A DNA stretch of 64,000 nt from Patescibacteria group bacterium (GTDB taxonomy: Bacteria; Patescibacteriota; Patescibacteriia; UBA10025; JAHIVO01), in NCBI GenBank assembly GCA_049325535.1, contig JBMOKY010000001.1:422611-486610 (forward strand), in the 5' to 3' direction. Below the pieces are notes generated by a model. It had not been told where the DNA came from and ran no database searches. It was given only the letters and a program-made list of their open reading frames with translations. Positions within the stretch are counted from its first letter, which is position 1. Each line of letters starts with the position of its first letter. Of this stretch, positions 56,410-64,000 are shown piece after piece. The position numbers and the translations under genes are program-made.

Positions 56410-57558
56410 CTATAATTCTGGATGGAAGAGTTTGATGAGGTTACCGTGTCGGTCTTTGACTAGGTTGCCACGCGAATCGGTTTTGAATATTTTTTTATTC
56501 GTATATCGATCACAGACGCGATGGAATTCTTCGAGAGACATGTCAATTTTTTCTAGAATAGCTTCGATTGATTTGCCTAGGTATGACCAGGGGAATTTAC
56601 CATCATGTCGCTGAACTAGTGCAATGCCATCCTGGCGGGTGATACGCCCACGGCGGATGTGTAGTGAGGCAATATCAGTCGCACGACCGAAACCAAACTT
56701 GAGGTATTTAAAATAATCATGGATACCAGTTTGGTAATTATCTAAGTTTTCGTAATTGACGATGGAACCCTCAATCGTTCTTGGGTAGGTTGTTAACCCA
56801 AATCCCTGCGAAATAAGGGCGTTTGAATACCCATCCCAGGGTAAGTAGTAACCGAGGAATATGCCGGTTACCCCGACCTCTTGGAGTTCTTCATTGGAAG
56901 GATAGCGATAAGGAATTAATTGTTTTTCATTAACACCTTCTAGCCCAATGATATCGCTAAATCGTAATCCAAGAAGGCCGCCAAATTCTTCGAGCCATCG
57001 GCGTGTTAATACATTATTTTTACTGTCAGCAGCTGGACCGCCATACTCATTTTGGGAGTTTTCTCCCCAGATAATCATCGGTATTTTATATTGTACCGCA
57101 ACTCTGACTGGAATTGTGAAAATGCCGATATGCTCCGGCCACGAAATATCACCAACCTGCGTCAAACCTATTTTATTGAGTTTTGCGCGGACGACTGGAT
57201 TGGGAGAGAATTCAATCATGTCAACACCTAGACTTTTTAGATTGTTGATATTTTTTCTTCCGATATCGGTTAGGTCGCAGGTGGTGGCTACCACGCACAG
57301 TGGATTTAGTCCAAGCTGAAGCATGCGAACCGTCTGGTACGTACTGTCCTTACCGCCACTAACCGGAACTATACAATCCCAATGTGATCCATTCTTAGAT
57401 TTATATTTTTCTAAAATAACGTTGAGCTCTTTACGGCGAGTTTGCCAGTCGACTTGCTTTCGATGCTCGAAACTTCGGCAAGCATTGCAGATTCCTTCCT
57501 CGTCAATGAGAAGATCGGGCTTTGTATCGGGCAGGAGACAACGTGAGCAATAAATCAT
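56410..57558 (-). CDS. N-acetyl sugar amidotransferase (WbuX/PseA family, PP-loop ATPase)
   Basis: N-terminal CxxC..CxxC zinc ribbon and PP-loop SGGKDS; 382 aa. Confidence 0.8.
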   Translation of the reverse strand: MIYCSRCLLPDTKPDLLIDEEGICNACRSFEHRKQVDWQTRRKELNVILEKYKSKNGSHWDCIVPVSGGKDSTYQTVRMLQLGLNPLCVVATTCDLTDIGRKNINNLKSLGVDMIEFSPNPVVRAKLNKIGLTQVGDISWPEHIGIFTIPVRVAVQYKIPMIIWGENSQNEYGGPAADSKNNVLTRRWLEEFGGLLGLRFSDIIGLEGVNEKQLIPYRYPSNEELQEVGVTGIFLGYYLPWDGYSNALISQGFGLTTYPRTIEGSIVNYENLDNYQTGIHDYFKYLKFGFGRATDIASLHIRRGRITRQDGIALVQRHDGKFPWSYLGKSIEAILEKIDMSLEEFHRVCDRYTNKKIFKTDSRGNLVKDRHGNLIKLFHPEL

Positions 57559-57578
57559 AAACTTTTGTAATCGGGTAA

Positions 57579-58211
57579 TTATTTTTTTAGAAGAAACCAG
57601 GTAATGTCATCCTGTGGATAGTGGGGATCGCGGTGATAATTAAATCCATATGCAACAAGTTTCAACCGTGGATAGCGGTCCATTATTTCACCGCAGAAAT
57701 CACGCTTAAATAAACGGTTTTTGTACCCACGATAGGGGATCATGACAGGGCTGGGATTATAGTACTCACCAACGCAAATATATTGTGCGCTCGATTCATA
57801 TAGTTTTTTGTACACTATTGGCAACTTTTTTGGATTAACATGGATCAAAACACCTTTGATAAAAACTAAGTCCCAGCGCCGATGCGGCCGGAAATCTAAT
57901 ATTGACTGGTTGAAAACCTCGATCGATCCGCCACTCCATTCGCGCATCGCCTGTGCAGCAGTTGCATTGATCTCGATGGCAGTTAATGCTGCCCGCGGTC
58001 GGAGGGCATGGATAGCTCGTAAGTTCATGCCTATGTTTGCGCCGAACTCCAATACTGAGTTGATGTGGTTCTTATTTGGTATATGCTTAAAAATGCGTTT
58101 GAAATAATGTTTTTGGTTCTCCAAAAACCTTTTTCCGGTATTCCGTTGGATATAGTCGTCTCCAAATTTCGTTGCCCAAAATTTTTCTTGTGCGGTGGCG
58201 TATTGTTTCAT
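57579..58211 (-). CDS. SAM-dependent methyltransferase, pseudaminic-acid-biosynthesis-associated type
   Basis: 210 aa; motif I-like LEFGANIGMNLRAI; position inside the pse operon. Confidence 0.5.
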   Translation of the reverse strand: MKQYATAQEKFWATKFGDDYIQRNTGKRFLENQKHYFKRIFKHIPNKNHINSVLEFGANIGMNLRAIHALRPRAALTAIEINATAAQAMREWSGGSIEVFNQSILDFRPHRRWDLVFIKGVLIHVNPKKLPIVYKKLYESSAQYICVGEYYNPSPVMIPYRGYKNRLFKRDFCGEIMDRYPRLKLVAYGFNYHRDPHYPQDDITWFLLKK

Positions 58212-58217
58212 GGCAGT

Positions 58218-59375
58218 TTAGTTAGCGGATAATGATTTAATAGCAGTGATGACGCGCGTCACGTCTGTATTAGTCAAATCAGGATAAAGCGGCAGACTCA
58301 ACTCTTGTTCATAAAAATCCTCCGCAATGGGGAAATCGCCCAAATGATAGCCAAAGTTTTTTTGATAATATGGTTGCATATGAACCGGAATATAATGCAC
58401 TTGTGTGCCTATCCCTTGATCTGCAAGTCGCCGCATCACGATAGCTCGAGTTGTTTTTAGTACCTGAAAATCAATACGCAATGTGTACAGATGGAAAGCG
58501 GAGATTATCCCTTTGCGTTCCACCGGAATCGAGACATATGATAGTTCAGCGAATGCTTTATTATATTCGGTCACAATGTCCCGACGTCGCCTGATAAAAT
58601 TAGGTAATTTTTTCATTTGGCTTATTCCGAGCGCGGCATGCAGGTCAGATAATCGGTAGTTAAATCCGAGTGTTTGCATTTCGTAGTACCATGGACCAGG
58701 ATTTTGAGACAGATACTCGGGGCTTTTTGTAATCCCGTGTGTACGTAATAGTAATAGACGTTGGTATAATACATCATCATTGGTTGTGATGGCGCCACCT
58801 TCAGCCGTTGTGATTGTTTTTACCGGGTGGAAGGAAAAAGTGGTGAGGTCAGCATAGCGGCCCGACCCTACCGGAGTACCATCAGCGTAATATGAGCCGA
58901 TTGCATGAGCGGCGTCTTCAATAATTTTTAAATTGTGTTGATCCGCGATAGTTTTAATTGATTCCATGTCAGCGGGCTGGCCGGCATAATGGACAGGAAT
59001 CACCATCTTGGTTCGAGGGGTAATAGCTTTTTTAATTGCCGCAGGGTCGATGCAACCTGTCATGAGATCGATATCGGCAAACCGGGGGAGTAAATTGTTG
59101 TACACTAGTGCATTTGCTGATGCGACAAAAGTCATTGGCGTGGTAATACCTTCACTGCCAGCAGGTAGTTCAAGCGCAGCCACCGCCAAATGAAGGGCAG
59201 CAGTGCCATTTGCGACAGCAACACAATAACGAGCTCCGGTCAGTTGCCGTATCGATTCCTCGAACTCCGTGACACGCGGACCCTGGGTAAGATAATCACT
59301 TCGGAGAGTATTGATGACTGCGGCAACATCATCATCATCAATATGTTGCTTTCCATAAGACAGAGTATTGGACAT
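58218..59375 (-). CDS. pseC: UDP-4-amino-4,6-dideoxy-N-acetyl-beta-L-altrosamine transaminase (DegT/DnrJ/EryC1 family)
   Basis: PLP-dependent aminotransferase fold with conserved Lys region; N-terminus YGKQHIDDDDVAAVINTLRSDYLTQG typical of PseC; 385 aa. Confidence 0.8.
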   Translation of the reverse strand: MSNTLSYGKQHIDDDDVAAVINTLRSDYLTQGPRVTEFEESIRQLTGARYCVAVANGTAALHLAVAALELPAGSEGITTPMTFVASANALVYNNLLPRFADIDLMTGCIDPAAIKKAITPRTKMVIPVHYAGQPADMESIKTIADQHNLKIIEDAAHAIGSYYADGTPVGSGRYADLTTFSFHPVKTITTAEGGAITTNDDVLYQRLLLLRTHGITKSPEYLSQNPGPWYYEMQTLGFNYRLSDLHAALGISQMKKLPNFIRRRRDIVTEYNKAFAELSYVSIPVERKGIISAFHLYTLRIDFQVLKTTRAIVMRRLADQGIGTQVHYIPVHMQPYYQKNFGYHLGDFPIAEDFYEQELSLPLYPDLTNTDVTRVITAIKSLSAN

Positions 59376-59383
59376 GTGACGTG

Positions 59384-60382
59384 CTAGTAAATTATGTCAA
59401 TTTTACTCAGATATTTTCTGATTTGCAATTCAGTAAGCCATTGAGCATTGGTGTCGGATGAATAGCGGAAATTATGAGCTACTCGTTTTCCTCCTTTTTT
59501 AAAATGTTTGCTCAGCACCCACCAATCAAAGTCCGGATAGATAATGTAATGATCCTTATAGTCGTATGTGGTTCGCGAATCTTCGACAGTAATCATTACT
59601 TCGTGGAGTTTTTCACCTTCTCGAATGCCGACTTCTTTAAGTTTAACATGGGGTAACATAGCTTTCGCAATGTCTACAATATTTGTCGAAGGAATTTTAG
59701 AGACGTATATTTCCCCCCCTTTTGACTCACGAATTGCCCGAAAAACTAGATCGACGCCCTGATCGAGGGTGATCCAGAAGCGAGTCATACGCATGTCAGT
59801 AATCGGCAGCTCCTTTGCACCCTGGTCAATCAGTGTTTTAAAAAAAGGCACGACTGACCCGCGACTGCCCACGACGTTTCCGTATCGAACTACACTGAAG
59901 GCAGTATCCTTCCCGCCTACATATGCGTTTGCCGCTACGAATAATTTATCGGAAACAAGCTTTGTGGCGCCGTACAGATTGACGGGATTTACAGCTTTAT
60001 CAGTTGAGAGTGCCACAATTTTTTTTACGCCGCGGTCAATTGATGCGTTAATGACATTTTGTGCACCAAAAATGTTTGTTTTGATCGCTTCCATGGGGTT
60101 ATATTCCGCGGCGGGGACATGTTTGAGAGCCGCCGCATGGATTACGATATCTATACCCTCCAGTGCGCGTTTTAACCGGTCGGCATCGCGTACATCTCCT
60201 ATGAAATACCGTATATGGCTATCATATTTTGCATACTGGCGCCTCATGAGATACTGTTTATACTCGTCTCGGGAATAAATTATCACACGCCTAGGTTTAT
60301 ATTCTGCAAAAATTCGTTCAGTGAATTTTTTGCCGAATGATCCCGTGCCGCCGGTTATGAGAATAGATTTTCCATTAAGCAT
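59384..60382 (-). CDS. pseB: UDP-N-acetylglucosamine 4,6-dehydratase (inverting)
   Basis: KSILITGGTGSFGKKF Rossmann motif and PseB/FlaA1-like SDR with YxxxK; 332 aa. Confidence 0.85.
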   Translation of the reverse strand: MLNGKSILITGGTGSFGKKFTERIFAEYKPRRVIIYSRDEYKQYLMRRQYAKYDSHIRYFIGDVRDADRLKRALEGIDIVIHAAALKHVPAAEYNPMEAIKTNIFGAQNVINASIDRGVKKIVALSTDKAVNPVNLYGATKLVSDKLFVAANAYVGGKDTAFSVVRYGNVVGSRGSVVPFFKTLIDQGAKELPITDMRMTRFWITLDQGVDLVFRAIRESKGGEIYVSKIPSTNIVDIAKAMLPHVKLKEVGIREGEKLHEVMITVEDSRTTYDYKDHYIIYPDFDWWVLSKHFKKGGKRVAHNFRYSSDTNAQWLTELQIRKYLSKIDIIY

Positions 60383-61481
60383 ATGGTAAACAATCCCTTG
60401 ATAATAATGTATTGATAATGTTTGTCTGTGTAGTATCTTTTAATTCTGGGAATATGGGCAAAGATAATACTTGGGATGAGGCTTGCATTGAATGAGGAAA
60501 GTCTTCTTTCTTATATCCCAGGTCGGCGTAAGCTTTTTGCACGTGCAGCGGTTCCGGATAGTATACCATAGTTGGGATGCCGATTTTTTGTAGCACCGGT
60601 CGAAGGGAATCCCTTTTCTTCACCTTGATTGTATATTGATGGTACACATGACTTGCACCCGGTGCAATTGAAGGGGTGGTTATTTTAGAATCAACGAGTA
60701 ATTCATCGTAGCGAGCTGCTAATCGCTGTCTTTTGGCATTCCAATCATCTAAGTATGGCAGTTTCGCGAGCAGGATTGCCGCCTGCATGGTATCCAGTCG
60801 TGAGCTCGCTCCGACGAAATCGGTGTAGTATTTTTTTGGTTGACCGTGAATCCTCCATTGGCGAAGGTATTCTGCTATTTTTTTATCGCTGGTCACCACC
60901 ATCCCACCGTCCCCATAGGCACCGAGATTTTTGGTCGGAAAAAAAGAAAAGCAGCCCGTGGTACCAAACGATCCGACTTTTTTACCATTATATTCCGCAC
61001 CGATTGCCTGAGCGCAATCTTCGATGACATATAGTTTATGCTTTTGTGCTATGGCCATAATTGCGTCCATCTCAGCAGCCTGCCCGTAGAGATGAACCGG
61101 AATGATTGCCTTGGTTTTTTTTGTGATGGCAGCTTCGAGAAGTTTTGGGTCGACATTAAATGTTTTTGGATTGATATCCACAAAAACAATTTTTCCTCCG
61201 GCTATCGCGACTGCCTCAGCCGTAGCGATATAGGTAAACGTCGGAACTATGACCTCGTCTCCAGGGGTGATGCCCAGCGCGATCAGAGATGCAGTGAGTG
61301 CGTCGCTTCCTGAATTTAGACCAACGGCGTATGGCACACCTACGTACTCGGCAATTTTTTGTTCCAGTTCAGCCACCTCGTCACCCATAATGAATGACGA
61401 GTTTTGAATCACTCGGTTGATAGCCGCGTCAACTTCTTTTTTTATTGACTGATATTGAGCTTCGAGGTCAAGGAACTTCAT
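60375..61481 (-). CDS. DegT/DnrJ/EryC1 family sugar aminotransferase (WbpE/ArnB-like)
   Basis: PLP-dependent fold; 368 aa; clustered with WbpB- and WbpD-like genes. Confidence 0.75.
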   Translation of the reverse strand: MKFLDLEAQYQSIKKEVDAAINRVIQNSSFIMGDEVAELEQKIAEYVGVPYAVGLNSGSDALTASLIALGITPGDEVIVPTFTYIATAEAVAIAGGKIVFVDINPKTFNVDPKLLEAAITKKTKAIIPVHLYGQAAEMDAIMAIAQKHKLYVIEDCAQAIGAEYNGKKVGSFGTTGCFSFFPTKNLGAYGDGGMVVTSDKKIAEYLRQWRIHGQPKKYYTDFVGASSRLDTMQAAILLAKLPYLDDWNAKRQRLAARYDELLVDSKITTPSIAPGASHVYHQYTIKVKKRDSLRPVLQKIGIPTMVYYPEPLHVQKAYADLGYKKEDFPHSMQASSQVLSLPIFPELKDTTQTNIINTLLSRDCLPYA

Positions 61482-62059
61482 GTGACTTGAGATATCGAAT
61501 TATTTTTTTCTATATACTGTTGATTACAAACACTGCAGCGAGCTGTATTACCATCAAATTCAAGCCGAGTAGCGTGATCGGAGACCCACCCGTGGTGACG
61601 CGCAGGATTACCGTACCATAGTGCAAAATCAGGTACATCCTTCGTCACTACTGACCCCGCGCCGATAAATGCGTATTTCCCGATAGTAATACCACAGACG
61701 ATAGTGACATTGGCGCCAATCGTAGCGCCTCTTCGAATCACAGTTTTTTTGTAGTTACCATGTTTTGGGAATTCCGCCCGTGGATTCCAGTCATTCGTAA
61801 ACACCATTGACGGCCCGCAGAAAACGTAGTCGTCAATGACAACTTTATCATACACCGAAACGTTATTCTGTATCTTTGCATTGTTACCGATTACTGCCTG
61901 CCCACCCACATACACATTCTGTCCTAGGGAGCAGTTTTGTCCGATCTGGGCTCCTGACATGACATGTGAAAAATGCCAGATTTTGGTGCCCGCCCCGATG
62001 ATCGCTCCGTCATCGATGATAGCCGTGGGATCGGCAAAATATCCTTCGTTTTCTCTCAT
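61478..62059 (-). CDS. left-handed beta-helix (hexapeptide) sugar N-acetyltransferase, WbpD-like
   Basis: Repeated [LIV]GxxxxI hexapeptides (IIGAGTKIWHFSHVMSGAQIGQNCSLGQNVYVG); 193 aa. Confidence 0.75.
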   Translation of the reverse strand: MRENEGYFADPTAIIDDGAIIGAGTKIWHFSHVMSGAQIGQNCSLGQNVYVGGQAVIGNNAKIQNNVSVYDKVVIDDYVFCGPSMVFTNDWNPRAEFPKHGNYKKTVIRRGATIGANVTIVCGITIGKYAFIGAGSVVTKDVPDFALWYGNPARHHGWVSDHATRLEFDGNTARCSVCNQQYIEKNNSISQVT

Positions 62060-62083
62060 AAATAGGCCCTACAATTAAAAACA

Positions 62084-62125
62084 GGGTTGGTGATATTATA
62101 CCAATCCTGTTTGAGTGTCGCAAGG
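62084..62125 (-). terminator. intra-operon hairpin with U-tract on the minus strand (possible partial terminator/attenuator)
   Basis: 12-bp stem AACAGGAUUGGU/ACCAACCCUGUU (one G-U) followed by UUUUUAAUUG on the minus strand, between the wbpB-like and wbpD-like genes. Confidence 0.35.
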
Positions 62126-62137
62126 TCTCAGCTGGCT

Positions 62138-63082
62138 TTATTTTACGTGAGCCAGTGCCTGAGGGTGGGTATGTTCATTAGGCGGCTGCAGTGTGGCGTG
62201 GCGGATGGCATGGACGATATCGATTGAGGGGCGAGCGTCCTCCGTGCCAAATCCACCTCCATTCAAAATGTCCTGATATACCAGCGTATGGAGGTCGGTA
62301 AATCCATCGGAAAATTCTATCTCGTCACCATCGAGCGTCATGGAACGGAAGGTTTTTTTATCTCCTGCAGCTGCAGGCAGATCATCACTATCGACGGACA
62401 GATACCATTGCACGTCGGCATGTTTCAGCTCCAGGTAGCCACTTACTCGGCGGTCATCTTTGAGGTATATGACATTTTTTGACGCGGGCCCGAAAAGCCA
62501 CATGAGCAAATCGAAGAAATGGATTCCAATATTGGTCGCTAGACCGCCTGATTTGTCGAGCACACCTTTCCACGATGACAGGTACCATGATCCGCGGGAG
62601 GTGATATAGGTGAGGGAAATATGATGTCGTTTGTCAGAACGTTCGCCGAGTTTCTTTTTCAGTTCGATCAGTTTCGGATGCAGCCTGAGCTGCAACACGG
62701 TGAATATTTTTTTTCCGTATTCGCGCTCTAGTTCCTGCAGCGCGTCGATGTTCCACGGGTTCAGTACCAGCGGCTTCTCGCAAATGGCATTAGCACCGAC
62801 CCGGAGGGCAAATCTAATATGTGCGTCATGTAAATAATTTGGAGAACAGATGCTGACGTAGTGCACTTCCGTGCCTTTGTCATCCCGGCGCAGTTTATCG
62901 ACGTGCCGATCGAAACGCTCGAATTCGGTAAAGAACCGAGCGTGGGGGAAGTAGCTATCCATGATGCCGACGGAGTCGTGTGGATCGAGTGCTGCCACCA
63001 CCGTGTTTCCAGTTTCCTTGATAGCTTTGAGATGGCGCGGTGCGATATACCCGGCAACCCCAGTAATAGCAAAATTGCTCAT
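62138..63082 (-). CDS. Gfo/Idh/MocA family oxidoreductase, WbpB-like UDP-GlcNAcA 3-dehydrogenase
   Basis: N-terminal Rossmann ITGVAGYIAPRHL and EKP motif; 314 aa. Confidence 0.75.
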   Translation of the reverse strand: MSNFAITGVAGYIAPRHLKAIKETGNTVVAALDPHDSVGIMDSYFPHARFFTEFERFDRHVDKLRRDDKGTEVHYVSICSPNYLHDAHIRFALRVGANAICEKPLVLNPWNIDALQELEREYGKKIFTVLQLRLHPKLIELKKKLGERSDKRHHISLTYITSRGSWYLSSWKGVLDKSGGLATNIGIHFFDLLMWLFGPASKNVIYLKDDRRVSGYLELKHADVQWYLSVDSDDLPAAAGDKKTFRSMTLDGDEIEFSDGFTDLHTLVYQDILNGGGFGTEDARPSIDIVHAIRHATLQPPNEHTHPQALAHVK

Positions 63083-63474
63083 ATTGTTTTGTTCTGATGT
63101 TTACTAGTAAAAAGATATATCATCAGGCTGATAGCGCAGATGATGAGAATTATCAAACTGATTGTGAGTAGGGAAAAGGGCAGACCAAAACGATTCAGTG
63201 CGTAGGTGAGGGTCGGTACAGAAATTATGGACAGTATCACGCTGAAGATCACTCGCTGAAATGTCCATGTCTTTTCACGTGGCCAGATCGCCAGGGAAAT
63301 GCAAAAACCCGGCAGCCAGAGAGCGACGACTAAACCAACGGCCATGCGTATCACATCCAGGATTTGCATACGTATGAAAAATACTAAAAAGTGACCAATA
63401 TTGCCGAGATGTAAGCACATGGTAGCAAAATCTAGCCACTTTGAAAAGGGAGGGTATGATGGTATAATAAGCAC
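63079..63474 (-). CDS. small membrane protein (start uncertain), first gene of the minus-strand glycan operon
   Basis: 3 TM helices; 4-nt overlap with the wbpB-like start. Confidence 0.3.
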   Translation of the reverse strand: MLIIPSYPPFSKWLDFATMCLHLGNIGHFLVFFIRMQILDVIRMAVGLVVALWLPGFCISLAIWPREKTWTFQRVIFSVILSIISVPTLTYALNRFGLPFSLLTISLIILIICAISLMIYLFTSKHQNKTI

Positions 63475-63480
63475 CGTATT

Positions 63481-64000
63481 ATGCGCATCATTACCCGATT
63501 ACGACTGCCCACCACCCCAATAGTATTAGCTGTGTTGCTCGCATTTTTTTTCTGTGTCTACGGCAGTTATTATCAGGGGATTTCTGTTTTTACTTCGCCG
63601 GATGAGACGGCAAATTATTTTTTTGCCACTCAGTTTGCCGATTCCGGCTCTTTGGCTGTTGCCGATGATATCAATGCTGATTCGAATGGTATCGTCCACC
63701 CGCGCAGCGTCAAACTCAACGCGCACGGTGAGATGGTTCCCGGCAGTTTTGTCGGTATGCCCCTCTACTACGGCATCATCGCAACGGCGGTTGGCGATTG
63801 GAGTATACGGTGGCTGACCCCACTGGCGGCCGTACTGGGGGCGCTGGCTTTTTATTTTATCGTTAGGAGAATATTTGGTAAGCTGACGGCTGTTGTTTCT
63901 ATCGCATGTCTGCTCATTCTTCCACCATATTGGTATTATGCCAGCCGCGGCATGTTTCATAATGTGCTTTTTATATCTCTGATACTTATTTGCGTTTCAT
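63481..64000 (+). CDS. GT-C fold (ArnT/PMT-like, GT39/GT83-type) membrane glycosyltransferase, 3' end beyond window
   Basis: Manual translation MRIITRLRLPTTPIVLAVLLAFFFCVYGSYYQGISVFTSPDETANYFFATQFADSGSLAV... shows TM1 followed by a first-loop DE motif; frame is open to the window edge and absent from the ORF track. Confidence 0.45.
   Translation, partial: MRIITRLRLPTTPIVLAVLLAFFFCVYGSYYQGISVFTSPDETANYFFATQFADSGSLAVADDINADSNGIVHPRSVKLNAHGEMVPGSFVGMPLYYGIIATAVGDWSIRWLTPLAAVLGALAFYFIVRRIFGKLTAVVSIACLLILPPYWYYASRGMFHNVLFISLILICVS

Noticed and set aside
1-64000. CRISPR arrays, rRNA, tRNA, transposases, integrases
   Set aside because: No regular direct-repeat/spacer periodicity, no tRNA-like cloverleaf or T-loop candidates, and no DDE or tyrosine recombinase motifs in any frame.

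Overview
This 64-kb window is bacterial and gene-dense, with about 65 genes and many 4-nt start/stop overlaps. I cannot assign a taxon from sequence alone. GC composition is mixed: a ~55-60% GC background with AT-rich islands at about 22-25.4 kb and 43.7-51.7 kb.

Content, in order along the window:
- A polysaccharide O-acetylation pair: a 5'-truncated MBOAT gene (AlgI-like) followed by an AlgJ/AlgX-like gene.
- A minus-strand housekeeping run: tRNA-dihydrouridine synthase, NUDIX hydrolase and a GH1 beta-glucosidase.
- An antibiotic-biosynthesis-monooxygenase (ABM) gene interrupted by an in-frame TGA, then an FTR1/EfeU iron permease.
- A compact three-gene minus-strand operon of ATP-grasp ligase, GNAT acetyltransferase and ATP-grasp ligase. 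I read this as a candidate N-acetylated oligo-amino-acid synthetase (NAGGN-like or cyanophycin-like).
- recJ, rnhA, an alpha/beta hydrolase, a glycerophosphodiester phosphodiesterase, and a clear bacterial type-A RNase P RNA (rnpB) with its own promoter.
- Glycan locus A (14.2-21.9 kb): a polyprenyl-phosphate sugar phosphotransferase, three GT4 glycosyltransferases, a Wzz-like protein and a DUF4012-like protein.
- An AT-rich non-coding stretch (22.0-22.7 kb). It holds a promoter- and terminator-bounded ~190-nt sRNA candidate and a 6-codon uORF with a perfect Shine-Dalgarno.
- An array of four unrelated small membrane-protein genes. Each is preceded by a conserved ~70-105 nt two-hairpin repeat that carries a CCUCCUUUCU motif, a mimic of the 16S rRNA 3' end.
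- murJ and lepA, both apparently transcribed from promoters that give leaderless or near-leaderless mRNAs, then a PDZ protein and an S8 subtilase carrying near-identical 153-bp tandem FG-GAP repeats.
- A ~30-kb convergent glycan supercluster (33.5-63.5 kb). It contains:
  - GtrA, two GT2 polyprenol-phosphate glycosyltransferases, a DUF2304 protein and GT-C-like membrane proteins;
  - UXS-like and epimerase SDR enzymes and an NDP-sugar dehydrogenase;
  - seven GT4 glycosyltransferases in this supercluster;
  - a fusion of a nucleotidyltransferase with a P-loop kinase;
  - a Wzx flippase and a capsule-synthesis-like (candidate pseudaminyl-) transferase;
  - a complete CMP-pseudaminic acid pathway (pseB, pseC, pseH, pseG, pseI, pseF), together with an amidotransferase set (WbuX-like with HisH-like and HisF-like subunits) and a pathway-associated methyltransferase;
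  - a WbpB/WbpE/WbpD-like set with a WecB-type 2-epimerase, the set expected for a 2,3-diacetamido uronic acid.

No rRNA, tRNA, CRISPR array, transposase or integrase was recognised.
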